From Octopus sinensis (taxonomy: Eukaryota), in the NCBI RefSeq assembly GCF_006345805.1, contig NC_043010.1, forward strand, positions 14,012,001 through 14,076,000: DNA of 64,000 bases, given 5' to 3'. The notes under the pieces are model-generated. The model worked only from the letters and a program-made list of their open reading frames with translations. It was not told where the DNA came from and made no database searches. Below, piece by piece: positions 35,963 through 47,998 of the stretch (positions within the stretch are counted from its first letter, which is position 1; the number at the start of each line of letters is the position of its first letter). The position numbers and the translations under genes are program-made.

Positions 35963-36126
35963 ATTTTAAGAGTGGCAGGTAAAGTCAAAACCATCACCGC
36001 CAGTATTTGACTGGTACTTTAGTTTATCAACTCTGCCAAGATGAAAAGCAAAGCTGACTTTGGTAACTTTTGAATTCAGAACATAAAAGAGCCAGAACAA
36101 ATACCCTAAAACATTTTTTCCAGTAC

Positions 36127-36206
36127 CGAGTGTCAGCCGGTGACTGACTGTCTTGTTAAAGGGAGAAATTTGACAAGACAGTCAGTCAGTCACCGGCTGA
36201 CACTCG
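36127..36206. repeat. Near-perfect 80-nt hairpin
   Basis: 34/38-bp arms (one GACT indel, one mismatch) around loop GGGAGAAA. Confidence 0.9.
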
Positions 36207-36263
36207 CTGACGATACATCGAAGAGGCCAGGGAACAGAAGAAAGAAGAAGACATGCACCCAAC

Positions 36264-36430
36264 ACCAGAGCTGAAGACACCTCCGAAAGAGGGTGGCCCC
36301 GCCATGTCAAAACGGTAGAGGAGTAGGGGTCGAAACCGGACGTGGTTCCTCCTGATGATGTCTTAAGCTAACTGGATCCTATAAAGGAGCTGTTGTGGTA
36401 GCAGACCACGAAACACGGTTGTAATTCCCC
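36264..36430 (+). ncRNA. Two tandem hammerhead-like cores with enlarged stem II
   Basis: GAG-CTGAAGA(36271)...GGGGTC-GAAACC-GGACGT-GGTTC-CTC and CTGATGA(36352)-TGTCT...AGACCAC-GAAAC. Confidence 0.4.
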
Positions 36431-36924
36431 ATGATTCTGCCAACTCACTTCCATCCGTTTATAGATACTGAAAGCATTAGGTGAGGCTTAAATTAGATAA
36501 ATTAACGAGCAATCAGTTAAAACCAGCTTAAGGTTGATGGCCCCTACCAAAGTTCACTTTCTCTGGATAACAAGCAATGAGTTGATGTTATATTGTTAAA
36601 AATAGAAAATTCAGGTCATTTTGAAGTGTTTAATCAATTGGTTTATAAGAAAACGTGTAGCTTTAGTTGATTTGATTAGGACTAACCTTGACCGTCACGC
36701 TTATGACACAACACCGAGTAAGGATGATCAGGTCACCTGTTCTGTACACCAGTTCATGTCACATCTAAACTAGAGCCAAACAACCTGCTAGAACTAGCTG
36801 AATCTCACTCCGATCACGTTTGTAAGCTGCAAAGAATGTCAGGTAGAATAGAATGCTTTGCAGTATTTGTTTTAATTCTATGTGCTCTTGAGTTCAAATT
36901 CTGCTTTGGTTTGGTCAACTTCAT

Positions 36925-37180
36925 CCTTCTTTCTTTCTTTCTTTCTTTCTTCTTTCTTCTTCTTCTTCTTCTTCTTTCTCCTTCTTCTTCTTCTTCTTCT
37001 TCTCCTCCTCCTCCTCCTTCTTCTTCTTCTCTTTCTTCTTCTCCTCCTTCTTCTCTTTCTTCTTCTTCTCTTTCTTCTTCTTCTTCTTCCTTCTTTCTTC
37101 TTCTTCTCTTTCTCTTCTTCTTCTTCTTCTTCTTCTTCTTTCTCCTCTCCTCCTCCTTCTTCTTCTTCTTCTTCTCGACA
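36925..37180. repeat. (CTT)n/(CCT)n homopyrimidine tract
   Basis: About 250 bp with essentially no purines on the + strand. Confidence 0.95.
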
Positions 37181-37619
37181 TATCTGTCTCAAGTTTTATG
37201 ACTCATAGCACTGGTTACCCGGTTTCCATGGTTAGGGGTAGAGTCAGAGATCAGAGATCACAACATGGCCCCTGAACAGGCTGCTAGTTTTCCGCAGAGT
37301 TACTTATTTACAGCTGAGTTAACTGGAGCAATGTGAAATGTAAGTGTTTTGCTCAAGAACAAAACACATTGCCCAGTCCAGGAATTGAAACCATAACCTT
37401 GCAATATATTGTGCAACACCCTAATCACTAGACCACACAGATTTACATCATCCTTGAGGAAGGGATGCAAGGTTATAAAAAAAAAAGTACAGATCCAGAG
37501 TGGTGGGTGGGTAGAATTGTGAGAACATCAAACCTGATGGTTTGTGATATTTGTTTCAGTTCTGTACATTTTGAGTTCAAATCCTATTCTGGCCTACTTG
37601 AGTGGTAGACTTCTGTTAC

Positions 37620-37784
37620 TTGGTTTAACACTACCACTTGGCACTTTGGGTGCTTTTCGCAGAGTTGTCTCTGTTGCAAGGATTCGGGCCTGGTCTGCGA
37701 TTTGAGGATACCTTCCTCTTGCCCTCTCTTCTGTCAGTCTCAGAGGCCTTGTAAAAGGTCGGTGGCATTGCTCTTCTCTTCTGA
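37620..37784 (-). CDS. Candidate 165-nt phase 1-1 coding exon, unknown protein
   Basis: Acceptor TTTTTCTTATAG, donor CAA|GTAACA, open frame RREEQCHRPFTRPLRLTEERARGRYPQIADQARILATETTLRKAPKVPSGSVKP; non-repetitive and GC-richer. Confidence 0.4.
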
Positions 37785-38204
37785 CTATAAGAAAAATATT
37801 TTGTGATCACAGAGTACCAAAAGCACAAGTTGAGGCCTAGCATTTATAGCATCTTTTATGGGGACAGGAAGTAAGGTCCCTAATGTACAAAAGGAAAGTG
37901 TGGGAGACATATCTAAACTCTGAGTACACTAGACGTAACAGTAGGTCAGAGAGTGTCCAGCATGTGTAACCTGCAATACTGTGGCTTTATAAAGCTTTCA
38001 GTCCAAGAAATGCGACAGGTGCAGGCAATGGGAAGGTGACTTAGCTAACTGATGACAAATGTAGCTGAAATTTTTTCTGTCTTCTGTTCATGGTAACATT
38101 GACTTTGTATTTTTTCATTCCTTTTCAGTTGGTTAAATAAATTCCATCTAGGTGTATAGTATACCTGGTACTTAGAGTTTATTTGATTAATTATGAGTTC
38201 TTAT

Positions 38205-38606
38205 GTATTACTCTTTTACTCGTTTCAGTCATTTGACTGTGGCCATGCTGGAGCACCGCCTTTTGTCAAGCAAATCGACCCCACGACTTATTCTTTGTAA
38301 GTCTAGTACTTATTCTATCGGTTACTTTTGCCGAACCGCTAAGTTACAGGGACGTAAACACACCAGCATTGGTTGTCAAGCGATGTTGGGGGGACAAACA
38401 CACGCACATATATATATATATATATATATACATATATATATACAACGGGCTTCTTTTAGTTTCCATCAACCAAATCCACTCACAAGGCTTTGGTCGGCCC
38501 GAGGCTATAGTAGAAGACACTTGCCCAAGGCGCCACGCGGTGGGACTGAACCCGGAACCATGTGGTTGGTAATCAAGCTACTTACCACACAGCCACTCCT
38601 GCGCCT
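38205..38606 (-). mobile_element. SINE family A
   Basis: Family consensus match. Confidence 0.9.
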
Positions 38607-38789
38607 TTATATATTTATGGTTTGTACCAATGTGAGAATTATGATTTCTTTTTTCATTGTGTTTTAACTCAATTTAATAAGTGTTGACTACAGTATGTGT
38701 ATCAGTAGCCCCCGTGGATAAGAATGCAAATATCTTCAGGTTAGAAATAAATGTTACTAGTTTGAATCTTCTCGGGTGTTAAGAACACA

Positions 38790-39245
38790 TCATCATCATC
38801 GTTTAACGTCCGTTCTCCATGCTAGCATGGGTTGGACGGTTCGACCAGGGATCTGGGAAGCCAGAAGGCTGCACCAGGCTCCGGTCTTATCTGGCAATGT
38901 TTCTACAGCTGGATGCCCTTCCTAACACCAACCACTCCATGAGTGTAGTGGGTGCTTTTTACGTATCTCCAGTCCAGGGGTCCTGGCATCTGCCGGGTGC
39001 CAGTCATAGGATTGGTTCAATTTTGATTTCACTTGCCCCAACAGATCTTCGCAAGCAAAGGGAGGTTGGCATAGGTGCCTGTCGTCGGATGAGGTTCGAT
39101 ATCGACTTCGCTTGCCTCAACAGGTCTTTGTGTGTCCAAGGGAGGAAAGGCATGCATAAGTGGGCTGGACTCACTTGTCCTGCCTGGTCTTTTCACGCAC
39201 AGCAAATTTCCAAAGGTCTCGGTCGCTGGTCATTCAGAACATATC
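38790..39245 (-). mobile_element. RTE 3' UTR (long form)
   Basis: Same terminus as 15140; upstream part resembles 15550-15750. Confidence 0.8.
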
Positions 39246-39401
39246 CTGAAATAATACACTTGATGACAATTGGCGATCAAACTGATCAAAATGCAGTGTA
39301 GATCTAAATATTGAAGTTTCCTTTCATACCTGCAGATGAGATTAATATTACAAAAAGTTTATAATCTTTATAATTTCTCACTTTTCTTTTTACTGCTTTA
39401 A

Positions 39402-39619
39402 CTCTTTAGCATTCAAACCGGCCATATCCGGCCAAAATATTTAACCTGTTTTATATTGAAACTGACCAGATCTTGCCTCTCACATCAGCCCTACCATGTC
39501 ATTCTAAAACTAAAAAATCACATCACTGAAATCTCTAAACTACAAGATAATGCAGGATTAATTCAAATAATTAAATAAACAAACATCATATTTGACAGAA
39601 TAATCTGAACACTAAAGGG
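39402..39619. mobile_element. piggyBac-like MITE family 2
   Basis: TTAA|CTCTTTAG...CTAAAGGG|TTAA; homologous to 47289 and 59461. Confidence 0.8.
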
Positions 39620-40328
39620 TTAAACACTATATTAGCCCCTTATATACCAATCCATCTGAGACTGCCCATTGTTGTGTGGTACAAACTCCCTTTTTTAGAG
39701 TTATCTAAATCAAAAATTTTCCCGTTAAAATTCCACATTAGTTTATGCATCAAACATCAGCTTAATATCAACAAAATTACCTTACTATATTCTTCATTAT
39801 GTTTTAAATTAATTGAAAGAAAAATTGTATTTCAGCAGAAATATGGTAAAAAAAAAGTTAATACAGATTTATAGTACATGTGTCAGTGACCTCATGGTTA
39901 AGAAAAATAAAGGTTTTGTTATCAGGTTACAAGATTGTAACATAATTATAGGAATGGGACAATTATTCTTTTTCTTCCTCTCCAAAGACAGCCAAGTACC
40001 CAAAGTGTTAGACTTTTCTTCTTCCTCATGGTATAAAACTATTTGTGTTACACTTTGCATAAGATGTCACTGGTTTCTTTTGGTTCTACTGCTATATGAT
40101 TGATGGTTTTGTACTAGTTCTTTTCCATAACATTGCCAAGAGCTCTAAAACTAAATTCTGAAATAAAAAAAAGAGAAAGCAAAGCAAAAGTACAGCTAGC
40201 TCTCACAAGCGAACATGATTCGGTAACATATCATGCTTTTGTTAATTGTTTCAATTGCCTGTGTAGTTGCAAGCAAATGTAGATACTCTCATGGTCTTTG
40301 CACCCCTTGCTCGGCAGAACACCTGGAC

Positions 40329-40640
40329 TGCACCAGCACTCAGCTGGTACTCATTTTCAGCTGAGTAGACAGGAGCAACATGGAATGAAGTGCTTGCTCA
40401 AGGAGTCAGAGAAGAGGCTTGCACCAGCACTCAGCTGGTACTCATTTTCAGCTGTGTAGACAGGAGCAACATGGAATGAAGTGTTTTGCTCAAAGAGACA
40501 GAAAAGGGCCTTGCACCAGCACTCAGCTGGTACTCATTTTCAGCTGAGTAGACAGGAGCAACATGGAATGAAGTGTTTTGCTCAAAGAGACAGAAAAGGG
40601 CCTTGCACCAGCACTCAGCTGGTACTCATTTTCAGCTGAG
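40329..40640. repeat. ~92-bp tandem array (about 3.4 units) derived from SINE C
   Basis: TGCACCAGCACTCAGCTGG at 40329, 40420, 40512, 40604. Confidence 0.9.
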
Positions 40641-41126
40641 TAAAACTGAAGCGACCTGAAATGAAATACTCTAATCTTGAATTCATTACCCTAACCACCA
40701 GGCCATCCATGCAGCCTCACTGAAATATTGCTATTGTCACAAACAACTGACTTCGGCCATACTGGAGCACTACTATGAAATGTATTGCCAAGTAGAGCGT
40801 AGCTGTCAGTTTTTTTTTAAATTCCTTACTAACACCGTTGTGTTATCCACAACAATAGAGCAATGTCAGTTATTAACATTCATCTGTTTATTAAATGTCT
40901 GTAGCAGTGAGATAAGTCATTATTAATAAGATTATAATTTCGTGGTTTATTAATCTCTTCTTTCAGAGTGTATATTTATATTTTTACACTGTTTCGATCA
41001 ATTTGATTTATAATCCTCATGTGCACACTTATTCTATGTGGTCCAAAACTGCTTTCAAACTTGGAATAAGACTTTTCTTTGATGATGGTCGGGGGATCTA
41101 ACTGACGAAATTTTAGTTAGTGTTAA

Positions 41127-41725
41127 CCCTTTCGTTACCAACCCGGCTGAAACTGGCTCTGGCTCTTTAGTATAAATGTCTTGTTTTCATAAGTTTTGAA
41201 TTAAAATCTTCCACCAAATCTTAGTCAGAGTTTATGTTTCTAACACTAGCTCAATGATAACGATGTTAATTTACTATACTCTTTACTTTCTCTTTTACTT
41301 GTTTCAGTCATTTGACTGCGGCCATGCTGGAGCACCGCCTTTAATAGAGCAACTCGACCCCGGGACTTATTCTATCGGTCTCTTTTGCCGAACCGCTAAG
41401 TAACGGGGACATAAACACACCAGCATCGGTTGTCAAGTGATGTTGGAGGGACAAACACAGACACACAAACACACACACACATATATATACATATATACAC
41501 GGGCTTCTTTCAGTTTCCGTCTACCAAATCCACTCACAAGGCTTTGGTCGGCCCGAGGCTATAGTAGAAGACACTTGTCCAAGGTGCCACGCAGTGGGAC
41601 TGAACCCGGAACCATGTGGTTGGTAAACAAGCTACTTACCACACAGCCACACCTGTACCTATGTTATATTTAAAGTAATTGGAAGAAACACAGAACATCT
41701 CAAAATAAATACAGTAATGAAAGGG
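41127..41725. mobile_element. piggyBac-like MITE family 1 with nested SINE A (41283-41660)
   Basis: TTAA|CCCTTTCGTTAC...GTAATGAAAGGG|TTAA. Confidence 0.85.
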
Positions 41726-42002
41726 TTAATATTAATATTGGAAAATACACTCTCTTAAAATGAAATTAATACTCTAGGAAATTATGATCTGAATCATCCA
41801 TTTGTTTATCAAGAATCAAAACATTTGCGCCTCTGCCTCACTTGCATAGACAACAATCCCTTGTCACTCTACCATCACAAATACTGTGAACCAATTGATT
41901 GACCTACTCAAAATCTGGATCCAACAACACTTTTTTTCATAAAATGTGATATGAAATAGCAAAGGCATGTAGCTTAGTAGTTAGGGTATTCAACTTGCAA
42001 TC

Positions 42003-42473
42003 TTCTTGTCTTTCTTCTTGAGACAGCATTTACCCAGGGTGGGTTGAGCTGGCTTCATTCATCCTCAATGCTGCATTTCTCACAAACGCCGACCAGGTCT
42101 GGCGATTTGAGGCTAACGACCACATGATCACCAACCACTCCTTATTCCAGCAGCGTACACCGTAGATATGGGGGCCTAGGTTGGGTTCCAGATCAGCCTT
42201 GGCTGTCATCAGCCAGGTTTTCCATTGTCCACCACATTGCTTTCGCCAACCCTGAAGGGGAGCTGGGGCAATTGCTTCGTAGATGAACTCTCCTGGTTGA
42301 CGACAAAGGACATGACCCAGCCAACGCAGACGTCTTGTTAGGATGACTTGTCGGAGGGAGGTGATTCTGCACTGGTGTCGCACCGAATTGTTGGAGACAA
42401 AGTGATGCCATCGGACACGAAGGATGCGGTGTAGACAGAGGTGATCGAAGGATTCTAGTCGCTTAATATCTTC
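42003..42473 (-). mobile_element. 5'-truncated RTE LINE inserted in a SINE C head
   Basis: ORF 42030-42476 (LRWLGHVL...GGQWKTW); 12-bp TSD CAACTT(G/A)CAATC. Confidence 0.9.
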
Positions 42474-42768
42474 CAACTTACAATCATAGGGTCATGAGTT
42501 CAATTCCTGGCGATGAGTTATGTCCTTGAGCAAGACACTTTATTTCACATTGCTCCAGTCCACTCACCTGGTAAAAAGGAGTTGTACCTGTATTTCAAAG
42601 GGCCAGCCTTGTTACATTTTGTATCACACTGAATCTCCCTGAGAACTACATCAAGGATATACATGTCTGTGGAGAGTGCTCAGCCACTTGCACATTAATT
42701 TCATGGCCAGGCTGTTTCATTGATCAGATCAATTGGAATCCTCGCCATGATAACCGACAGAGCATCAG

Positions 42769-42803
<35 letters not shown>

Positions 42804-42809
42804 TATATA

Positions 42810-43080
42810 TCATCATCATCGTTTACGTCCGCTTTCCATGCTAGCATGGGTTCGACGGTTCGACTGGGGTCTGGGAAGCCGGGAGGCTGCACCAGGCCCA
42901 GTCTGATCTGGCAGTGTTTCTACAGCTGGATGCCCTTCCTAACGCCAACCACTCTGTGAGTAGAGTGGGTATTTTTTACGTGCCACCGGCACAGGGGCCA
43001 GAGGAGGCTGGCAACGGCCACGATCGGTTGGTGCTTTTTATGAGCCACCGGCATGGAGGCCAGTCGGGGCAGTGCTGGCA
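42810..43080 (-). mobile_element. RTE 3' tail repeat (others at 46785-47085 minus, 54745-54890 plus, 63110-63185 plus)
   Basis: Family match. Confidence 0.85.
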
Positions 43081-43092
43081 TATATATATATA

Positions 43093-43130
<38 letters not shown>

Positions 43131-43913
43131 TATATATAAATAAGTTTAAAATTGTGTGTGCTAGGCACTGATGTGCCAAAATAAATTCTGCTGGCCAATT
43201 TCAGTACTCCTTGGAAAGCCCCAATCACTTTATTCCCATTGGCATGTCAAATGTACTTTATAATAAATATTTCATATTTCCTCCTGCTTTTCACGAGAGG
43301 AGGGTTTACTGTATACCTTATTGTAACATGATGCAAGGGTTGATTGAAACCCATTACTCTAGTATGAAGCAAAGATGGTAATCTATCCTACACACACACA
43401 CTGCTGTGCTGCAGTATCATTCCTTAACAAGCCCCCCCCCCGTCTTCTCATACACACGCTCTTTTATAAATAGTACAAGTACAATCAAGCATGTAGAAAT
43501 GGTATATAAACACAGAGGAGATAACAATCATACAGACACACACATGGATGGACATGGGGACACCCCATACACAAAAAGCATACACACACACACACACACT
43601 CACACTCTTAGTCACAAGCAGCTACAGACACACTAATATCTGAACACTTACTGAGATAGCATACAAATATAGATAAAAGCAGACACACAAACGTTAATTA
43701 GTCAGTTGGCATACACACACACCACGCACACACACACACATATAGAGCATTCAGTTTTATATTATCCTAGTTACAGTTGATCAAAGAAAAGTTTTACTAC
43801 TATTTATTGAGGTATCAAGAGCTATCAGGACTTCAGTTCTGTCTGGTTATATCTGTCTGTCTGTCTCTCTCTCTCTGTCTACCATAAAAACCAAGAAAAT
43901 GACTTACTTACCA

Positions 43914-44013
43914 NNNNNNNNNNNNNNNNNNNNNNNNNNNNNNNNNNNNNNNNNNNNNNNNNNNNNNNNNNNNNNNNNNNNNNNNNNNNNNNNNNNNNNN
44001 NNNNNNNNNNNNN
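43914..44013. other. Assembly gap (100 N)
   Basis: Direct reading. Confidence 1.
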
Positions 44014-44257
44014 GGAATTTGTTGAGGTAGATTTTTCTATGACTGGAGGATGCTCTTCTTGCCATCGACCCCTCACCTGTTCCTAAGCAAAGGAGTATGT
44101 TTCCCATGGCCATACATCCTTTTCCTGGATGGTCGGAAATGCACAGCATCACTTGTATGACAGGGATGCTCATTTACAGCCACCATGAAATTATGTCTAG
44201 AGAAGGGGGACACAAACACACACACACACATATACAAAATTACATATATTTCCCTTT

Positions 44258-44688
44258 TTACCCTTTTACTTGTTGCAGTCATGTGACTGTGGTCATGCTG
44301 GAGCACCGCCTTAGTCGAGCAAATCGACCCCAGGACTTATTCTTTGTAAGCCTAGTACTTATTCTATCGGCCTCTCTTTTGCCGAACCGCTAAGTTACGG
44401 GGACGTAAACACACCAGCATTGGTTGTCAAACGATGTTGGGGGGGACAAACACAGACACACAAACACACACACACATATATATACATATATACAACGGGC
44501 TTCTTTCAGTTTCCTCTACCAAATCCACTCACAAGGCTTGGTCGGCCCGAGGCTATAGTAGAAGACACTTGCCCAAGGTGCCACGCAGTGGGACTAACCC
44601 GGAACCATGTGTTTGTAAACAAGCTACTTCACCACAGCTGCTCCTACGCATATGTAAATAACATACAGTTGTGATAATACCGATTAAA

Positions 44689-44720
<32 letters not shown>

Positions 44721-44930
44721 TATATACATATATACAACGGGCTTCTTTCAGTTTCCGTCTACCAAATTCACTCACAAGGCTTCGGTCGACCTGAGGCTAT
44801 AGTAGAAGACACTTGCCCAAGATGCCACGCAGTGGGACTGAACCCGGAACCATGTGGTTCGTAAGCAAGCTACTTACCACACAGCTGCTCCTACGCCTAT
44901 ATGTAAATAACATACAGTTGTGATGAATAC
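44258..44930 (-). mobile_element. SINE A with duplicated 5' half plus flank
   Basis: 44480-44680 repeated at 44720-44935; the first copy has several single-base deletions. Confidence 0.85.
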
Positions 44931-45269
44931 CGAATTAAAATTGTGATTACCACAATTTTAATTTGATATTAATGGCAACTGTCTGATGAACAGGCACATG
45001 AAAGTAATAATTTATGAAGATTTTTGCAGCTTTAATTAAAGTACACACACATGCAGTAGGCTTCTTTCTGTTTCCATCTACTAAATCCACTCACAAGGTT
45101 TCAGTTAGCCTGGGGTTATAGTAGAAAACACCTGTCTAAAGTGCTACACAGTAGGACTGATCCAAAGTAGGTTTACGGGAACTGTTTAGAAATCTATTCG
45201 GAGGGCCAGAGCATTTTCACGTAGATTGTCTAAATGAACCTGCCTGAAAATTACATCAAGTGACATAGA

Positions 45270-45432
45270 GTGGCAGGAGTGGCTGTGTGGTAAGTAGCTT
45301 GTTTACCAACCACATGGTTCCGGGTTCAGTCCCACTGCGTGGCACCTTGGGCAAGTGTCTTCTACTAGAGCCTCGGGCCGACCAAAGCCTTGTGAGTGGA
45401 TTTGGTAGACGGAAACTGAAAGAAGCCCGTCG

Positions 45433-45465
<33 letters not shown>

Positions 45466-45830
45466 GTGTGTCTGTGTTTGTCCCCCTAGCATTGCTTGAC
45501 AACCGATGCTGGTGTGTTTATGTCCCTGTCACTAAGCGGTTCGGCAAAAGAGACCGATAGAATAAGTCCTGTTGTCGAGTTGCTCGATTAAAGGCGGTGC
45601 TCCAGCATGGCCTGTTGTATATATGTGTGTGTGTGTGTTTATCCCCCTAGCATTGCTTGACAACCGATGCTGGTGTGTTTATGTCCCCGTTACTTAGCGG
45701 TTCGGCAAAACAGACCGATAGAATAAGTACTGGGCTTACAAAAGAATAAGTCCCAGGGTTGAGTTGCTCGACTAAAGGCGGTGCTCCAGCATGGCCGCAG
45801 TCAACTGACTGAAACAAGTAAAACAGAGTA
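45270..45830 (+). mobile_element. SINE A with re-duplicated 3' half
   Basis: Tail breaks at CAGCATGGCC (45610) and restarts at the internal microsatellite. Confidence 0.85.
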
Positions 45831-46084
45831 GAGAGAGATTGTCTGAATGAACCTGCTTGAAAATTACATCAAGTGCACTTCACTGCAGTAGAATCAGCAA
45901 CTTGCACTGTGAGATAAGTTCCATTGATCGGACAACAGACAGACTTATTTGTTCAATGTGTGAATGTGTGTCTTGTTATGAATTTTGTGAGTTTTCCTGT
46001 CTGTCTGTCCGTCCCTCTCCCTTTCTCTCTCTGTTTTCCAATCTGTTTTTATGTTGTTTGTGTTTATGTTCATATTTCGGTTGC

Positions 46085-46380
46085 TACTCCTATTTCTTTA
46101 CTACCCACAAGGGGCTAAACACAGAGGGGGACAAACGGATTAAGTTGGTCGGTTACATTGACCCCAGTGCGTAACTGGTACGAGCTGGCAGAAACGTTAG
46201 CATGCCGGGCGAAATGCTTCGCGGTATTTCGTCCGCTGCTGCGTTCTGAGTTCAAATTCCGCCGAGGTCGACTTTGCCTTTCATCCTTTCGGGGTCGATA
46301 AATTAAGTACCAGTTAGGCACTGGGGTCAATGTAATCGACTTAATCCGTTTGTCTGTCCTTGTTTGTCCCCTCTATGTTC
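46085..46380. mobile_element. SINE B foldback chimera
   Basis: Minus-strand 3' half (46085-46180) fused directly to a plus-strand head (46181). Confidence 0.75.
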
Positions 46381-47288
46381 AATAAAATGAAGTAACCATC
46401 AAGTATTGAGGTTGATTCAATTGATTGTACCTTCTGCCAAACGTGTATACAAAACACACACTCGTACACAATAGGCTTCCGTACAGTTTCTATCTACCAA
46501 AATTCATTCACAAGGCTTTTGTTGCTGCAGAGCTGTAATAGCAGAAAACATTTACCCAAGATACTGCACAGTGGGATTGAACCCAATACCATGTGGTTGC
46601 AAAATGAGCTTTTTAACCACACAACAGTGCTAGCACCTACAGTAAAATAATCATGTTTGTTCTATGTGCACACCTTTTCCTTTTTTAAGGTTCAAGTATT
46701 GGGGTTGATATAATCAACCGGGCTCCTTCCTCAAATTTGATGCGTTTCTTTTCCTTGCTTGTATTGGAAATCAATCAATCAATCATCCTCATCGTCGTTT
46801 AACGTCCGCTTTCCATGCTAGCATGGGTTGGACGAATGACTGAGGGCTGGCAAACCAGATGGCTGCACCAGGCTCCAATCTTGACCTGGCAGAGTTTCTA
46901 CAGCTGGATGCCCTTCCTAATGCCAACCACTCCAAGAGTGTGGTGGGTGCTTTTACATGCCACCGGCACAAGGGCCAGTCAGGTGGTACTGGCAACAGCC
47001 ACACTCAAAGGGTGTTTTTTACGTGCCACCGGCACAGGAGCCAGTCCAGTGGCACTGGCAACGACCTCGCCCGAATGATTTTTCACGTGCTATTATCTGT
47101 GGAAAAGGATAATAAACAAAACCAACTTTTTATTTGTCCAAAACTGTATTTTAGTATATTACAACACAGTTAGGTGGCAAACTGGCAAAATCGTTTGTCT
47201 GCCAGGTAGAATGCTTAGTGGTATTTTGTTCAAGTTTATGTTCTGAGTTCAAGTTGAATCATGGTTTACTTTGTCTTTCATCCTTTAA

Positions 47289-47509
47289 CCCTTTAGTGTT
47301 TGCATTATTCTGCCAAAATTAATGCTTCTTCATCCACATTGTTTTAAACTAATCCTGCATTATCTTGTAGCTATGAGATTTTGATGAAGTAACTATTCAT
47401 TTTTAGAATTATATAGTAGGGCTGGTGTGAAAGGCCAGATCTGGCCAATTTTAACATAAAACAGGGGAGAATATTTTGGCCGGATATGGCTGGTTTAAAT
47501 GCTAAAGGG
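47289..47509. mobile_element. piggyBac-like MITE family 2 inside a SINE B
   Basis: TTAA|CCCTTTAG...CTAAAGGG|TTAA. Confidence 0.85.
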
Positions 47510-47919
47510 TTAAGGCTCAATAAACTAAGTACCAGATTAGCACTGGAGTCGATGTAATTGCCTTAGCTCTTACCTAGAAATTGCTGGCCTTGTGCCAAAA
47601 TTTGAAACCAATAAATTACAACACAGTCGATGTTAGACTGACACACTCTGACCCTGCCCATCACCTCCATATCACAGAATTTTGCTGTGTTCAGCAGAAA
47701 ATGTCTCTAGCTTTTTATGCCATTCAAAGAATTTATCATTTTGTAGCAAAAGGAAAAAAGTTGTATTTATTTAAATTCTCAGTTTTGATGATTTTGCGAA
47801 TGTGTCCTTATATACATTTGTGTGCGTGTTTATACATGCATATGTGTGTATAATCATGCGTATGTCTGTCTGCGTTGTAGGTTCCTTTCACTATATGTGC
47901 ATGCCTGCATATTTGGGTG

Positions 47920-47942
47920 CGCACACATACACACACACACAC

Positions 47943-47998
<56 letters not shown>

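Noticed and set aside
36836-37208. Poly-R/K/E and poly-L/F/S ORFs
   Set aside because: Translations of the (CTT)n tract
37217-37232. Second X-box-like GTTTCCATGGTTAG
   Set aside because: Right half is not RRNAAC and it lies within a SINE C tail
38129-38151. Plus-strand mini exon after TTTTTTCATTCCTTTTCAG
   Set aside because: Donor is weak (GTGTAT), 23 nt is not frame-preserving, and two frames have stops
38203-38667. 154-aa ORF and recurring MLGGQTQT...ASFSFRLPNPLTRLWSARGY peptides
   Set aside because: Antisense translation of SINE A; recurs wherever the SINE occurs
44480-44935. Tandem duplication of a SINE A half
   Set aside because: Next to the gap; the first copy shows several single-base dropouts typical of a low-quality contig end, so probably an assembly overlap
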